This document shows positions 1-10,160 of a stretch of 64,000 nucleotides of DNA, piece after piece. The stretch covers positions 1,312,001 through 1,376,000 of the forward strand of contig CAXXNF010000001.1 of NCBI GenBank assembly GCA_963666365.2, in the 5' to 3' direction. Source of the stretch: Syntrophales bacterium. GTDB taxonomy: Bacteria > Desulfobacterota > Syntrophia > Syntrophales > UBA2210. A program made the position numbers and the translations under genes. How positions within the stretch are numbered: the first letter of the stretch is position 1; every line of letters begins with the position of its first letter. Under the pieces are notes generated by a model. That model had not been told where the DNA came from and did not search any database. It saw only the letters and a program-made list of their open reading frames with translations.

Positions 1-119
1 ATGACTTTTCTCACAGTATCAAAACAAATCTTTCATGTGGATTTAGGGTGCGAATTTGAGCTATGATGCTAACACAAAAAAAGGAAGAAGAGAAGGTGTA
101 ATTTTCCCGGTTGCCTCTC

Positions 120-779
120 TCAGATTCGTCCGAATACAAGAATTGTTCTTCTGTCTCCGATGATCGGAAGTGCAAGCTCATGCGATTCAATCACATGAAA
201 ATTCAGTGATTTAATTACATCATGGGCATCGCGCAACTCTTCTTTCCATGTCCTCCCTTTCATGGCAATCATCCGCCCGTCAGGAGAAAGAAAGTAATCA
301 GCCATAGGCAGCAACTGAGCAACTTTAAAGGTCGCTCGTGTAATCACATAGTCAAAAGCGCCCCGAAGGCGATCTTCCCTCATGAGATTTTCTATGCGCC
401 GCACCATTACGGTTGCGCCTTCCATACCGAGCGTCCGTATGACATGTTTCAGGAAGGTTCCTTTTTTGCGGGACCCATCCACAAAGGTAATTGAGAGATC
501 ATCCCTCATGATTTTTACCGGAATCCCGGGAAAGCCGCCGCCGCTCCCCAGGTCGATCAGTGAGGCGTAACGGCCTGCCAGGTAGGGAAGAATTGTCAGG
601 GAATCAATAATATGCTTCACCGGCAGATCGGAAGGTTCCTTAAGAGAAATGAGCGGCATTTTTTCATTCCACAGAAGCAGCTCCCGACGGAAAACGTGGA
701 ATTGCATAAGCTCCTTCTCCCCGATTGAAATGTGGGCCGCCTTCGATGCACGCGTAACGATGTCCTGAAAGAGTTCCAT
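120..779 (-). CDS. rsmG: 16S rRNA (guanine527-N7)-methyltransferase RsmG/GidB
   Basis: Motifs LLLWNEKMPL, KHIIDSL, IDLGSGGGFPGIP and VITRA. Start trimmed to ATG (MELFQD). Confidence 0.92.
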   Translation of the reverse strand: MELFQDIVTRASKAAHISIGEKELMQFHVFRRELLLWNEKMPLISLKEPSDLPVKHIIDSLTILPYLAGRYASLIDLGSGGGFPGIPVKIMRDDLSITFVDGSRKKGTFLKHVIRTLGMEGATVMVRRIENLMREDRLRGAFDYVITRATFKVAQLLPMADYFLSPDGRMIAMKGRTWKEELRDAHDVIKSLNFHVIESHELALPIIGDRRTILVFGRI

Positions 780-916
780 GAATCTATCCTGTAGACTTTT
801 GTAACCTGTTGGTGATATTAGGCGAAGATGCAAAGTCGTGCAATGATTTACCACAGGCCTGTGAAAAAATTGAAGGACAGGCTGCAAGGGCCTGTGTAAC
901 GGCGGAGGAGTGTGCA

Positions 917-1684
917 ATGGGTGAAGGGACGGCTATGGATCACATTTCCATCGTCCTTGTGAGACCAAAATATGCGGGTAATATCGGTTCCGTGGCGCGG
1001 TGCGCGAAAAACATGGGCATTACCCGTATTATCGTGGTCAATCCACGCGAAATAGACAAAGATGAGATGAAAAAGATGGCGACTCACCTGGCCGCCGATG
1101 TCGTCGAAGGCATTCATTACGAAGATGATCTTGCCGAGGCGCTGTCGCCCTTTCAATTCATAGCGGGAACGACGGCGCGGGTAGGCGGCTCTTCATTGAG
1201 AAACGCCATGATTTCCTCGGCCGAGGCCGGGATGCGCATCGTGGAGGCTGCGCGCAGCAATCGTGTTGCCCTTCTCTTTGGGTCGGAGGACCGAGGGCTT
1301 GCCAACGATGACATCAAGCACTGTAATATTCTTGTGAAGATTCCCACCTCTGAAATGTTCAGATCCATCAATCTTTCTCATGCAGCGATGATCCTCTGTT
1401 ATGAAATATTCAAGGCGTCGCTCGAGTCCAAACCGACCTTCACCCCGCGATTAGCCACATCGGGGGAGGTCGAGGCCATGTACGATAATTTGAAGGATAT
1501 ATTCGTTAAAATCGATTTCATAAGAGATGAAAATCCCGATTACTGGATGGGAGCGATTCGAAGATTCTTTGCGCGACGGGGAGTTTTGTCACGGGAGGTA
1601 AAGATAATTCGTGGTATCTGCCGCCAGATTGAGCTTTTCGGGAAAGGCATGACATCCGGAGGAAGGGAAAGACAAAAGACTTGA
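917..1684 (+). CDS. SPOUT RNA methyltransferase, TrmJ/LasT (TrmH group 1) family
   Basis: Motifs VLVRPKYAGNIGSVAR, LFGSEDRGL and SINLSHA. GGAGG RBS before ATG 917. Confidence 0.9.
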   Translation: MGEGTAMDHISIVLVRPKYAGNIGSVARCAKNMGITRIIVVNPREIDKDEMKKMATHLAADVVEGIHYEDDLAEALSPFQFIAGTTARVGGSSLRNAMISSAEAGMRIVEAARSNRVALLFGSEDRGLANDDIKHCNILVKIPTSEMFRSINLSHAAMILCYEIFKASLESKPTFTPRLATSGEVEAMYDNLKDIFVKIDFIRDENPDYWMGAIRRFFARRGVLSREVKIIRGICRQIELFGKGMTSGGRERQKT

Positions 1685-1816
1685 CTTTCCCCCTGGTTTA
1701 TAAAGAATAAAAATTTTTACGGGAAATCGCGGAATCTTGAAGGTCTTTCTTGGGGCCAAGAAAAATACGATCAGAGAACGGAAATAAAACAGAGGAAATA
1801 ATAGAGGGGTGCATAC

Positions 1817-2974
1817 ATGGGTAAGATATTTTCTTTTACGGGCGCCGGTAAGATTGTCTTTGGGCAGGGGGCGATCGCACAACTGGTTGATTGCATTGAT
1901 GAAATGGGGAAGAAGCGGCCCTTTGTGGTGATGGACAGGGGACTAGCCGCATCGGGCATAAAGGAGATGATTGCTGAACTGTTTTCAAAATACACCGGTC
2001 AGTATCAGCTTTTTGACAAGGTAGAAGGGGAACCGCCCCTCGAGCTCGCTGACGAGGGCGCCGCTCTCGCGTCCAGAGAAAAAGCGGACGTTATTGTCGG
2101 TATAGGAGGGGGAAGCGCAATGGATGTGGCAAAGGCTGTTGCCGTGCTGGTTGCACAGGGAGGAAAGGCGGTGGACTATCTCGGACTCAACAAGGTTCCC
2201 GGTCCCGGACTTCCCAAGATTATGGTTCCCACCACTGCCGGAACGGGAAGCGAGGTCACGTTTACATCGGTGTTTATACGAAAGGATCTTAAAAAAAAGG
2301 AGGGCATGAACAGTCCCTTCCTCTATCCGGAGCTGGCACTCCTCGATCCGATGCTGACGCTGACCGTGCCGCCCGAAGTGACGGCCTCGACGGGAATTGA
2401 CGCACTCTGCCACGCCATCGAATCCTACACATCCGTCATTTCCAGCCCCATGAGCGAAATGATATCCCTGGAGGCAATCGGGCTTATCGCGGCGAATCTT
2501 CGCAGCTGCGTGCACAACGGCGCCGACAGGGACGCCAGGGAGGCAATGCTTCTGGGCAGTCTCTATGCAGGACTCGGATTGGCCAATGCCGGCGTCACGG
2601 CTGTCCACTCTCTTTCTTACCCGCTGGGCGGAAGATTCGGAATTCCCCATGGGCTTGCCAATACGGTGCTTCTCCCTGCGGTCATGAGATTCAATCTCCC
2701 CGGGGCGCTGGAAAAATTTGCGATAATCGCCGATGTTATCGGGGAGGCGACCGACAATATTTCAACAAGGGACGCGGCATACCTTGCCGTGGAGGGAGTG
2801 GAGGAGTTGATTTACGACTGCGGAATTTTGAGTACCCTGGAGGCACTGGGCATAAAAAGAGAAGATTTTGACGATCTCGCAGATGTGGCCATGACGGTGG
2901 CCAGGCCCCTCGCAAACAATCCTCGTACGATATCACGGGAGGATGCCCTGGACATTTACGGGGATGCATTCTAG
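1817..2974 (+). CDS. Iron-containing alcohol dehydrogenase family protein; candidate Kdo 8-oxidoreductase (KdnB-like by context)
   Basis: GGGSAMD, PTTAGTGSE, DALCHAIE and HSLSY..HG metal ligands. Directly upstream of a KdnA-like aminotransferase. Confidence 0.85.
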   Translation: MGKIFSFTGAGKIVFGQGAIAQLVDCIDEMGKKRPFVVMDRGLAASGIKEMIAELFSKYTGQYQLFDKVEGEPPLELADEGAALASREKADVIVGIGGGSAMDVAKAVAVLVAQGGKAVDYLGLNKVPGPGLPKIMVPTTAGTGSEVTFTSVFIRKDLKKKEGMNSPFLYPELALLDPMLTLTVPPEVTASTGIDALCHAIESYTSVISSPMSEMISLEAIGLIAANLRSCVHNGADRDAREAMLLGSLYAGLGLANAGVTAVHSLSYPLGGRFGIPHGLANTVLLPAVMRFNLPGALEKFAIIADVIGEATDNISTRDAAYLAVEGVEELIYDCGILSTLEALGIKREDFDDLADVAMTVARPLANNPRTISREDALDIYGDAF

Positions 2975-3006
2975 AGGATCAGAACAGAACAGAGGAGAAA
3001 TAACCC

Positions 3007-4212
3007 ATGGCAGGCAATGAACTGATAGGAAAAGAAGAAAGAGAACAGGTGATGGAAGTCCTGGAAACGGGAGTTCTCATGAGATATGAATTTGACGCCC
3101 AGAGAAAGGGGGTCTATAAGGTGCGTCAATTCGAGGAGGCCTTTGCCGGTTATCTCGGATGCGGCCACGCCCTGGCGGTCACGTCCGGTTCGGCGGCCCT
3201 GAAGGTCGCCCTGACGGCCCTCGACGTGGGTCCCGGAGACGAGGTCATCGTGCCGGCCTTTGATTTTATCGCCACCTACGAAGCAGTGCTGGAAACAGGG
3301 GCGATACCGGTTATGGCCGATATCGACGATACCCTGAACCTGGCGCCTCAGGCGATCGAAGATCGACTGACCCCCTATACGAAGGCGGTGATCCCTGTCC
3401 ACATGTGCGGTGCCCCGGCACAGATTGATGAAATCATTGCGGTGGCGCAAAAACATAATCTTCTGATACTCGAAGATAACGCACAGGCCTGCGGGGGCAG
3501 CTTTCAGGGAAAGAAGCTCGGCACCTTCGGTCACATGGGTATACTGAGCTTTGACTTTTTCAAGACCATCACCACCGGTGAAGGGGGAATGGCCATCACG
3601 GACGACAAGCGCCTCTATGATCGCGCGGACTGGTATCACGATCATGGCCACGATCATAATCCTGCCGTGGGGAGAGCCCTGGAGGGGAGATCCATTCTGG
3701 GCTTCAATTTCCGTATGAACGAATTGCAGGGAGCCGTCGGTCTGGCACAGTTGGGAAAACTCGATTACATCATTGCCGAACAGAGAAAAAATAAATCACG
3801 GATCAAAGAGGCGTTGGGAGGCATTGCCGGCGTAGGGTTCAGACGTCTCGCCGATAGAGAGGGCGATACAGCCACTTTTCTTGGGTTCAATCTGCCCGAT
3901 GAGACGGGAGCGCGCGCTTTCCAGAAAGCGCTTAAGAATGAGGGTGTCGACACCATCTACTATAAGGACAACGCGTGGCATTACGCGTTGCGGTGGGAGC
4001 ATCTGATCGCAAGGGCGACGGCGAACTCGAAGCAATTTCCCTTTACAAATCCGCAGTACAAGGGGAATGTGACCTACGATGCGTCTTTCATACCGAACGC
4101 CGAGACGCTTCTGGGGAGGACGCTCTTCATGACCATACCGGTGAAAATGTCGGAAGAGCGCATGGAATCGATCGTCAGGGGAATCGAAACGGCGGGTGCG
4201 GCAGGGAGATAG
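3007..4212 (+). CDS. kdnA: DegT/DnrJ/EryC1/StrS PLP aminotransferase, KdnA-like (8-amino-3,8-dideoxy-manno-octulosonate transaminase)
   Basis: SFDFFKTITTGEGG PLP lysine. The RYEFD, DHGHDH and NAWHY segments resemble Shewanella KdnA as I recall it. In an operon with hldD and kdsB. Confidence 0.72.
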   Translation: MAGNELIGKEEREQVMEVLETGVLMRYEFDAQRKGVYKVRQFEEAFAGYLGCGHALAVTSGSAALKVALTALDVGPGDEVIVPAFDFIATYEAVLETGAIPVMADIDDTLNLAPQAIEDRLTPYTKAVIPVHMCGAPAQIDEIIAVAQKHNLLILEDNAQACGGSFQGKKLGTFGHMGILSFDFFKTITTGEGGMAITDDKRLYDRADWYHDHGHDHNPAVGRALEGRSILGFNFRMNELQGAVGLAQLGKLDYIIAEQRKNKSRIKEALGGIAGVGFRRLADREGDTATFLGFNLPDETGARAFQKALKNEGVDTIYYKDNAWHYALRWEHLIARATANSKQFPFTNPQYKGNVTYDASFIPNAETLLGRTLFMTIPVKMSEERMESIVRGIETAGAAGR

Positions 4213-4229
4213 GAGAGGAAGGGAACAGA

Positions 4230-5204
4230 ATGATTATTGTAACGGGAGGCGCCGGGTTCATTGGAAGCGCCTTTGTGTGGAAACTTAATCAGGAAGGGGT
4301 TGATGATATTCTGATAGTCGATAATCTCGGCACCTCGGATAAATGGAGAAACCTTGTGCCCCTGAGATTTACCGATTATCTGCCCAAAGATCGTTTTCAA
4401 GAAATGATCCTCGCCGACCGGGCGCCGATGGATGCGACGGCGGTGATCCACATGGGCGCCTGTTCATCTACGGTTGAGCGCGACGCCGGATATCTGATGG
4501 AAAACAATTATCGTTACAGCCGCAACATTGCTGAATGGGCAGTGCGAAAGGACCTGCGTTTTATTTACGCAAGCAGTGCCGCCACCTATGGAGACGGCGC
4601 CATGGGATTTTTTGACGACAACGAAACAAGCGTTACCTTGCGTCCCATCAACATGTACGGATATTCCAAGCAGCTATTTGACCTGTGGGTCCTGCGCAAC
4701 AGGCTGGATTGGAAGATTACGGGAATCAAATTTTTCAATGTCTTCGGTCCCAATGAGTATCACAAAGGGGAAATGCGCAGTGTAATCCACAAGGCCTACG
4801 GGCAGATTCGGGAAAGGGGCGTAGTGAAACTGTTCAAGTCTCACCGGCCCGATTACGAGGACGGAGAGCAAAAGCGGGACTTTGTATATGTGAAAGATTG
4901 CGTGGAAGTGCTCTGCTGGCTCTTGGACCGGCATGACGTCACGGGCATATTTAATCTTGGCACGGGAAGCGCGCGGTCATGGAATGATTTGATCGGCGCG
5001 GTCTACGCGGCCATGAAAAGGGCACCTTCTATTGAGTATGTAGAAATGCCGGAGGCAATACGGGCACACTATCAGTATTATACGGAAGCATCGATGGAGA
5101 AGCTCAAAGCCGCGGGTTTCCCCATGTCCTTTCATACGCTGGAAGAGGCGGTAAAGGACTATGTGGTCCAGTATCTGGAGAGAGGTGAGCGATGCCTCGA
5201 GTAG
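4230..5204 (+). CDS. hldD: ADP-L-glycero-D-manno-heptose 6-epimerase
   Basis: MIIVTGGAGFIGS, HMGACSST, YASSAATYG, YGYSK and FNVFGPNEYHKG. Start trimmed to ATG 4230. Confidence 0.95.
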   Translation: MIIVTGGAGFIGSAFVWKLNQEGVDDILIVDNLGTSDKWRNLVPLRFTDYLPKDRFQEMILADRAPMDATAVIHMGACSSTVERDAGYLMENNYRYSRNIAEWAVRKDLRFIYASSAATYGDGAMGFFDDNETSVTLRPINMYGYSKQLFDLWVLRNRLDWKITGIKFFNVFGPNEYHKGEMRSVIHKAYGQIRERGVVKLFKSHRPDYEDGEQKRDFVYVKDCVEVLCWLLDRHDVTGIFNLGTGSARSWNDLIGAVYAAMKRAPSIEYVEMPEAIRAHYQYYTEASMEKLKAAGFPMSFHTLEEAVKDYVVQYLERGERCLE

Positions 5205-5953
5205 TCTGTGTTATCCCCGCACGATATGAATCGTCGCGCTTTGCCGGCAAACCCCTTGCCGATATAGGGGGAAAGCCGATGATACAGCATGTCTACGAGG
5301 GAGCACTGCGCGCAGAAACCGTTTCTTCGGTAGTCGTCGCCACCGACGACGAGAGAATATACAGGGCAGTAGAACGCTTCGGCGGTCAGGCGATCATGAC
5401 TTCCAGACGCCATCGTTCAGGAACCGATCGCGTTGCAGAAGCCGTGGGGTCCATGGCGTTGAACGAGCGCGACATCGTGGTCAATATTCAGGGCGATCAG
5501 CCGCTCTTTGAGCCTTTGCATGTAGATGAAGTGGTGGGGCCGCTTCTGGAAGATCGGGATGTGTATTTTTGCACCCTCATCTATCGTATTCGACGGCCCG
5601 AAGAGATTCATCATCCCAATGCCGTCAAGGTTGTCTTTGACAAAGACCATTATGCACTCTATTTCTCACGGGCCACCATCCCCTTTGTTCGAGACGGAGG
5701 GGTTGAAACCCACTATTATAAACACCACGGCATCTATAGTTACAGACACAGCTTTCTGATGAAGTTTGCCGCATTGCCTGCCGGGAGTCTCGAAACACAG
5801 GAGGCCCTCGAACAGCTCAGGGCTCTTGAGCACGGGTACAGGATAAAGGTTGTGGAGACGGACTGCGATTCGGTGGAAGTGGATACTCCTGAGGAATTGG
5901 AAAGGGTGAAGGACCTCGTACTCAAGAAGCGAAGAAGTGTAAAAGGTGAGTAA
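5192..5953 (+). CDS. kdsB: 3-deoxy-manno-octulosonate cytidylyltransferase (CMP-Kdo synthetase)
   Basis: IPARYESSRFAGKPL, SGTDR, NIQGDQP, LYFSR and LEQLRAL. Confidence 0.95.
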   Translation: MPRVVCVIPARYESSRFAGKPLADIGGKPMIQHVYEGALRAETVSSVVVATDDERIYRAVERFGGQAIMTSRRHRSGTDRVAEAVGSMALNERDIVVNIQGDQPLFEPLHVDEVVGPLLEDRDVYFCTLIYRIRRPEEIHHPNAVKVVFDKDHYALYFSRATIPFVRDGGVETHYYKHHGIYSYRHSFLMKFAALPAGSLETQEALEQLRALEHGYRIKVVETDCDSVEVDTPEELERVKDLVLKKRRSVKGE

Positions 5954-5955
5954 GA

Positions 5956-6600
5956 ATGCAAATTACGGAACGCCTTCATGGGTTCATTTGGCGCAATCCA
6001 GGAGAAAACAACTGTAATACATATTACCTTGAAGGTGAGCAACGCATCATAGTCGATCCGGGCCACAGGCATTTATTCGCCTACGTGGAAAGCGGCCTTG
6101 CGCAAACAGGCCTGTCAGCGGAAATGATCGATGTAGTCATCGCCACCCACGGTCATCCGGATCACATGGAGGGGGCATTGCGATTTCCTCCAGCGACGCT
6201 CTTCGGTATGGGTGGAGGGGAGTATCGTGCAATCAAGGAGATAGCAGGTGCCTATATGAATATCCCGAAACCTGCCTTTTTGCTTAAGGAGGGTACGCTT
6301 ATCCTGGGCGATATCACATTGCACGTTATTGAAACCCCCGGCCATTCCCCCGGCTCTTTATGTTTTTACTGGCCCTGGGAAAAGGCGCTTTTCTGCGGAG
6401 ATGTGCTGTTTAAAGACGGGATCGGACGAACGGACCTGCCCGGCGGCTCGGGAGCGCTTCTGAAGAAGAGCATAGAGACGCTTTCAACGCTCGATGTCGA
6501 AGTCCTGCTGCCGGGACATGGAGATATAATACGCGGAAAAGAGGCCGTACGGGAAAATTTCAGGAATATCGAGAAAAATTGGTTCGCCGTTCTTCGCTGA
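5956..6600 (+). CDS. MBL-fold metallo-hydrolase (glyoxalase II-like)
   Basis: THGHPDH, TPGHSPG, GDVLF and PGHG. Confidence 0.9.
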   Translation: MQITERLHGFIWRNPGENNCNTYYLEGEQRIIVDPGHRHLFAYVESGLAQTGLSAEMIDVVIATHGHPDHMEGALRFPPATLFGMGGGEYRAIKEIAGAYMNIPKPAFLLKEGTLILGDITLHVIETPGHSPGSLCFYWPWEKALFCGDVLFKDGIGRTDLPGGSGALLKKSIETLSTLDVEVLLPGHGDIIRGKEAVRENFRNIEKNWFAVLR

Positions 6601-6614
6601 AGATGGTCGGCCTG

Positions 6615-7133
6615 TTACGGAAGAAAGAGTGGCTTGAGACGTTCGGTAAAACGGTCTCGTGCATTGCTGTACCATTCTTGCCAGCGTTCATCATCCTCTA
6701 AGTTGGGATCAACCGCGGACCCGGAAATGCCTTGCGAAGCCAGCGATGCGCGCATGTCGCAGTCAAGATCTTTTGTAAAGGCCTTGCAGCGTTCAGTAAA
6801 CTGATGTAGTTCGAGGCGAATATCCGAAACGGATATAAAAGGAATAAGATCTAATATATCAAAAAGTCTCTCATTATCTCTGTCGGGGTCGATCCGTTCC
6901 AGCACACATTCGGCAAGTACCGCATCGGCAGTGGCGCCTTCATCCTTTTTGATGTGTTCGAGAGAGGCAGTCAGTGCGGTTTTATCGGTGAGTTGATCCA
7001 AATACCGCTGGAGATGGCCTTTGATTTTTCCTTCAATGTCTTTTCGCTTCAAGGCGGTTTTTTCATCGTCTGAAAGGGTCAAGCCTTTCGTTTTTTCCAT
7101 AATGAGATCGAGAGTGCTTTTTATTTCAGCCAT
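6615..7133 (-). CDS. Conserved hypothetical protein
   Basis: Helical protein starting MAEIKSTLDLIMEKT with a GISGSAV motif. Fills the gap between two plus-strand genes. Confidence 0.7.
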   Translation of the reverse strand: MAEIKSTLDLIMEKTKGLTLSDDEKTALKRKDIEGKIKGHLQRYLDQLTDKTALTASLEHIKKDEGATADAVLAECVLERIDPDRDNERLFDILDLIPFISVSDIRLELHQFTERCKAFTKDLDCDMRASLASQGISGSAVDPNLEDDERWQEWYSNARDRFTERLKPLFLP

Positions 7134-7327
7134 AGTGCCGCTTCCGGGTGGCATGATATTTAGGGTATAGACCCATAGATCCACACTGTGCATTCATAAG
7201 GTGACAGCGCCCCTTTTGTCAATAGGTAATATGGCGTTTCAGGAAGACCCGTGGTGTGTTTGCCTGTTGAAATTTGCCGGGTATCGTACTATAGGAGCAG
7301 GGTATTTACGAAGAGGAAGAGCACGAT

Positions 7328-8134
7328 ATGAAGATAATCCGATTCAGTACAAAAAAAGGAACTACCTGTTTCGGCGCGGTTGACGGAGCGGGAGAAATAA
7401 CGGCACGAATAATCGAGGGTGATATTCTGGGAGACTTTACAGTCACCGATAGAATCGAAAGGGTGGACAAAATATTGGCGCCGATTGATCCTCCTAATGT
7501 ATTTGCCCTGGGATTCAATTATAGAAAGCATGCAGAGGAAGCCAATGCCGAACCACCTGAAATACCAGAAGTATTTATGAAAGCAACAAGCAGTGTGACA
7601 GGGCACAGGGCTCAGATAATGCTCCCGAAGGCAGGGCCCCAAGAGGTGGATTATGAAGCGGAACTTGCGGTAATAATAGGAAAAACAGCAAAAAATATCA
7701 CCCCGGAGGAGGCATACAGCCATATAGTGGGATATTGTTGCGCCAATGATGTTAGTGCCAGAGACTGGCAGTGGAAAAAACAGAAGATACAGTGGGTGAG
7801 GGCAAAAAGCTTTGACACGTTCTGCCCCCTTGGACCCTGGATTGTGCCGAAGGAAGACATCGCCGATCCACACAATCTGGCCATTCGGATGTTGCTCAAC
7901 GGACAGGTGATGCAGGATTCAAATACGGCCCACATGATATTTGATGTATATCGGATCGTAAGTGACCTGAGCGCATCGGTGACACTCCTTCCCGGTACGG
8001 TCATTCTGACGGGAACCCCTGAAGGAGTGGGATTTACACGCAGGCCCCCTGTGTTTCTTTCGGAAGGGGATGAAGTGACGGTACACATAGAAGGAATCGG
8101 CATGCTTACAAACACAGTGACGACAGAAAAGTGA
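7328..8134 (+). CDS. Fumarylacetoacetate hydrolase family protein
   Basis: [31 protein letters not shown] and TGTPEGVG. Confidence 0.93.
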   Translation: MKIIRFSTKKGTTCFGAVDGAGEITARIIEGDILGDFTVTDRIERVDKILAPIDPPNVFALGFNYRKHAEEANAEPPEIPEVFMKATSSVTGHRAQIMLPKAGPQEVDYEAELAVIIGKTAKNITPEEAYSHIVGYCCANDVSARDWQWKKQKIQWVRAKSFDTFCPLGPWIVPKEDIADPHNLAIRMLLNGQVMQDSNTAHMIFDVYRIVSDLSASVTLLPGTVILTGTPEGVGFTRRPPVFLSEGDEVTVHIEGIGMLTNTVTTEK

Positions 8135-8195
8135 AGTGCGCAAGAGAGCGCTCGCTGAGAGACAGGAACGAACGGAGAAAAGAAGACAGAGGCTA

Positions 8196-9410
8196 ATGGA
8201 AAAAATGACGAAACAGGGATTCATTCAGTCAATAATGGTGTCTATGATTGTAACGTTCGCGATTTCGCTCATCGGAACCATGCTGTGTGTAACGACATCG
8301 AAGGAACCGTCTTTTTTGGATGCCCACGCGGCCGCCTCTGAGGCCGTGAGAGTCAATCCCTTTTCCTTTGCCGACCTGGCCGAGCAATTGCAGCCTGCCG
8401 TAGTGAACATCAGCACCACAAAAATCGTGTCGGCAGGAGGCTTCGGTCGGCACGACTCGCCCTTTCGAGGATCGCCCTTTGAGCAATTTTTCGAAGACGA
8501 TTTTTTCCGAAAATATTTCGGAGAAATGCCGCAAAGAAAATATAAAGAGCGGAGCCTTGGTTCGGGCTTTATTATCAGCAAGGACGGCTATATATTCACC
8601 AACAACCACGTAGTGGAACAGGCCCATGAAATTACGGTAAAACTCTCCGACGGAAAGGAATACAAGGCCGAGGTGAAGGGGGCGGATGCAAATACGGACA
8701 TCGCCCTTTTGAAGATAGATCCGAAGGACGATCTTCCCGTGGCGGCCCTGGGTGATTCAAAGGCGCTCCGCGTGGGAGAATGGGTGATGGCGATCGGGAA
8801 TCCCTTCGGCCTGTCGCAGACGGTGACCGTGGGCATCGTCAGCGCCACGGGACGGGTGATCGGCGCCGGGCCCTATGACGATTTTATACAGACCGACGCC
8901 TCCATCAATCCGGGAAACAGCGGTGGTCCCTTGTTTAATCTGTCGGGCGAGGTGGTAGGGATCAACACGGCGATTATTGCACAGGGCCAGGGGATAGGCT
9001 TTGCCATCCCGGTGGACCTTGCGAAGTCGATACTGCCCGGCCTGAAGAAGGAGGGGAAGGTGACCCGCGGCTGGCTGGGCGTATCAGTGCAGGATGTCAC
9101 CGAGGAGATCGCCGAGAGCCTGGGGCTGAAAGTGAAGGAAGGCGTGCTGGTGGCGGATGCGTTCAAGGGTGATCCGGCGGAAAAGGCGGGGATCAAGAGT
9201 GGCGACGTTATTGTGAAGGTGGACGGCAAAGACGTAAAGGATACCCACGAGCTTCTGAAAGTTGTGGCCGCCATTCCCGTAAAAAAAACAATTTTGGTGA
9301 TCGTAATTCGAGGAGGTGAGAAAAAAGAGTTTTCCGTCACTGTGTCGGAACGACCCGAAAAAAGCGCTTCCGTCAGGTCGCCCGAGAAGGATGAACATTC
9401 CTATTATTGA
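8196..9410 (+). CDS. HtrA/DegP-family serine endoprotease, single PDZ domain (copy 1)
   Basis: N-terminal hydrophobic anchor; catalytic triad in TNNHVV, DIALL and GNSGG; one PDZ domain (RGWLGV). Ends right after PDZ1. Start uncertain. Confidence 0.92.
   Translation: MEKMTKQGFIQSIMVSMIVTFAISLIGTMLCVTTSKEPSFLDAHAAASEAVRVNPFSFADLAEQLQPAVVNISTTKIVSAGGFGRHDSPFRGSPFEQFFEDDFFRKYFGEMPQRKYKERSLGSGFIISKDGYIFTNNHVVEQAHEITVKLSDGKEYKAEVKGADANTDIALLKIDPKDDLPVAALGDSKALRVGEWVMAIGNPFGLSQTVTVGIVSATGRVIGAGPYDDFIQTDASINPGNSGGPLFNLSGEVVGINTAIIAQGQGIGFAIPVDLAKSILPGLKKEGKVTRGWLGVSVQDVTEEIAESLGLKVKEGVLVADAFKGDPAEKAGIKSGDVIVKVDGKDVKDTHELLKVVAAIPVKKTILVIVIRGGEKKEFSVTVSERPEKSASVRSPEKDEHSYY
8690..9259 (+). repeat. 570 bp exact direct repeat shared with 15556-16125 (degP paralogues)
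   Basis: Line-by-line comparison by eye shows identity at offset 6866. The first mismatch is at 9260/16126, and near-identity continues to about 9359. Confidence 0.9.
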
Positions 9411-9520
9411 AAAGAGGCGCGTCGAAGTTCTTTGCGGCGGTGCGCCCATAGGGGGAGCGGTTGAAAGTGAGGGTATTTGACGACGGCGGCACAAAGCGTG
9501 CGGCTGGTGAATCCGGGAAC

Positions 9521-10153
9521 ATGGCACACAGACTCGTGACCATCTACAACGCGATGAACGATCATTTCGGCGATCTCTCATGGTGGCCTGGTGAAACCGC
9601 CTTTGATGTGGCGGTAGGAGCCATCCTCACACAAAACACAAACTGGAAAAATGTCGAGCGCGCCATTGCGAATTTACGAAAGGAAAATCTTCTTCATCCC
9701 GATGCCCTCTATAAGACGGATCCGGGACGTGTGGCGGAACTGATTCGGCCGGCAGGGTTCTTTAACGTAAAGACACGCCGGCTACGGGCCTTTCTCGAAT
9801 TTCTGCAATGTAATTACGAAGGAAATATGGAAGCAATGTCCGGCGAGGAGACAGGGGCCCTTCGTAAACGGTTGCTGTCTGTCAACGGTGTCGGGGAAGA
9901 AACGGCTGACAGCATCCTGCTGTACGGATTTCAAAAGCCGGTGTTTGTCGTTGACGCATATACGCGAAGAATATTTACGCACCATGGCTTCATCGATGAA
10001 CGATGGACCTATCACGACGTTCAGCGGTTATTCATGGATAACCTGCCGCAGGACAGCGCGCTTTACAATCAGTACCATGCGCTCATTGTAGAGACGGCAA
10101 AGCGGTTTTGCAGGACGCAGCCGCTATGCATGGGGTGCCCACTGAAGCAGTGA
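9521..10153 (+). CDS. Endonuclease III-related HhH-GPD DNA glycosylase family protein
   Basis: WWPGET, GAILTQNTNW, GVGEETADSILLY and VVDAYTRR; C-terminal C-x5-C-x2-CP Cys motif. Confidence 0.9.
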   Translation: MAHRLVTIYNAMNDHFGDLSWWPGETAFDVAVGAILTQNTNWKNVERAIANLRKENLLHPDALYKTDPGRVAELIRPAGFFNVKTRRLRAFLEFLQCNYEGNMEAMSGEETGALRKRLLSVNGVGEETADSILLYGFQKPVFVVDAYTRRIFTHHGFIDERWTYHDVQRLFMDNLPQDSALYNQYHALIVETAKRFCRTQPLCMGCPLKQ

Positions 10154-10160
10154 GAAATGT

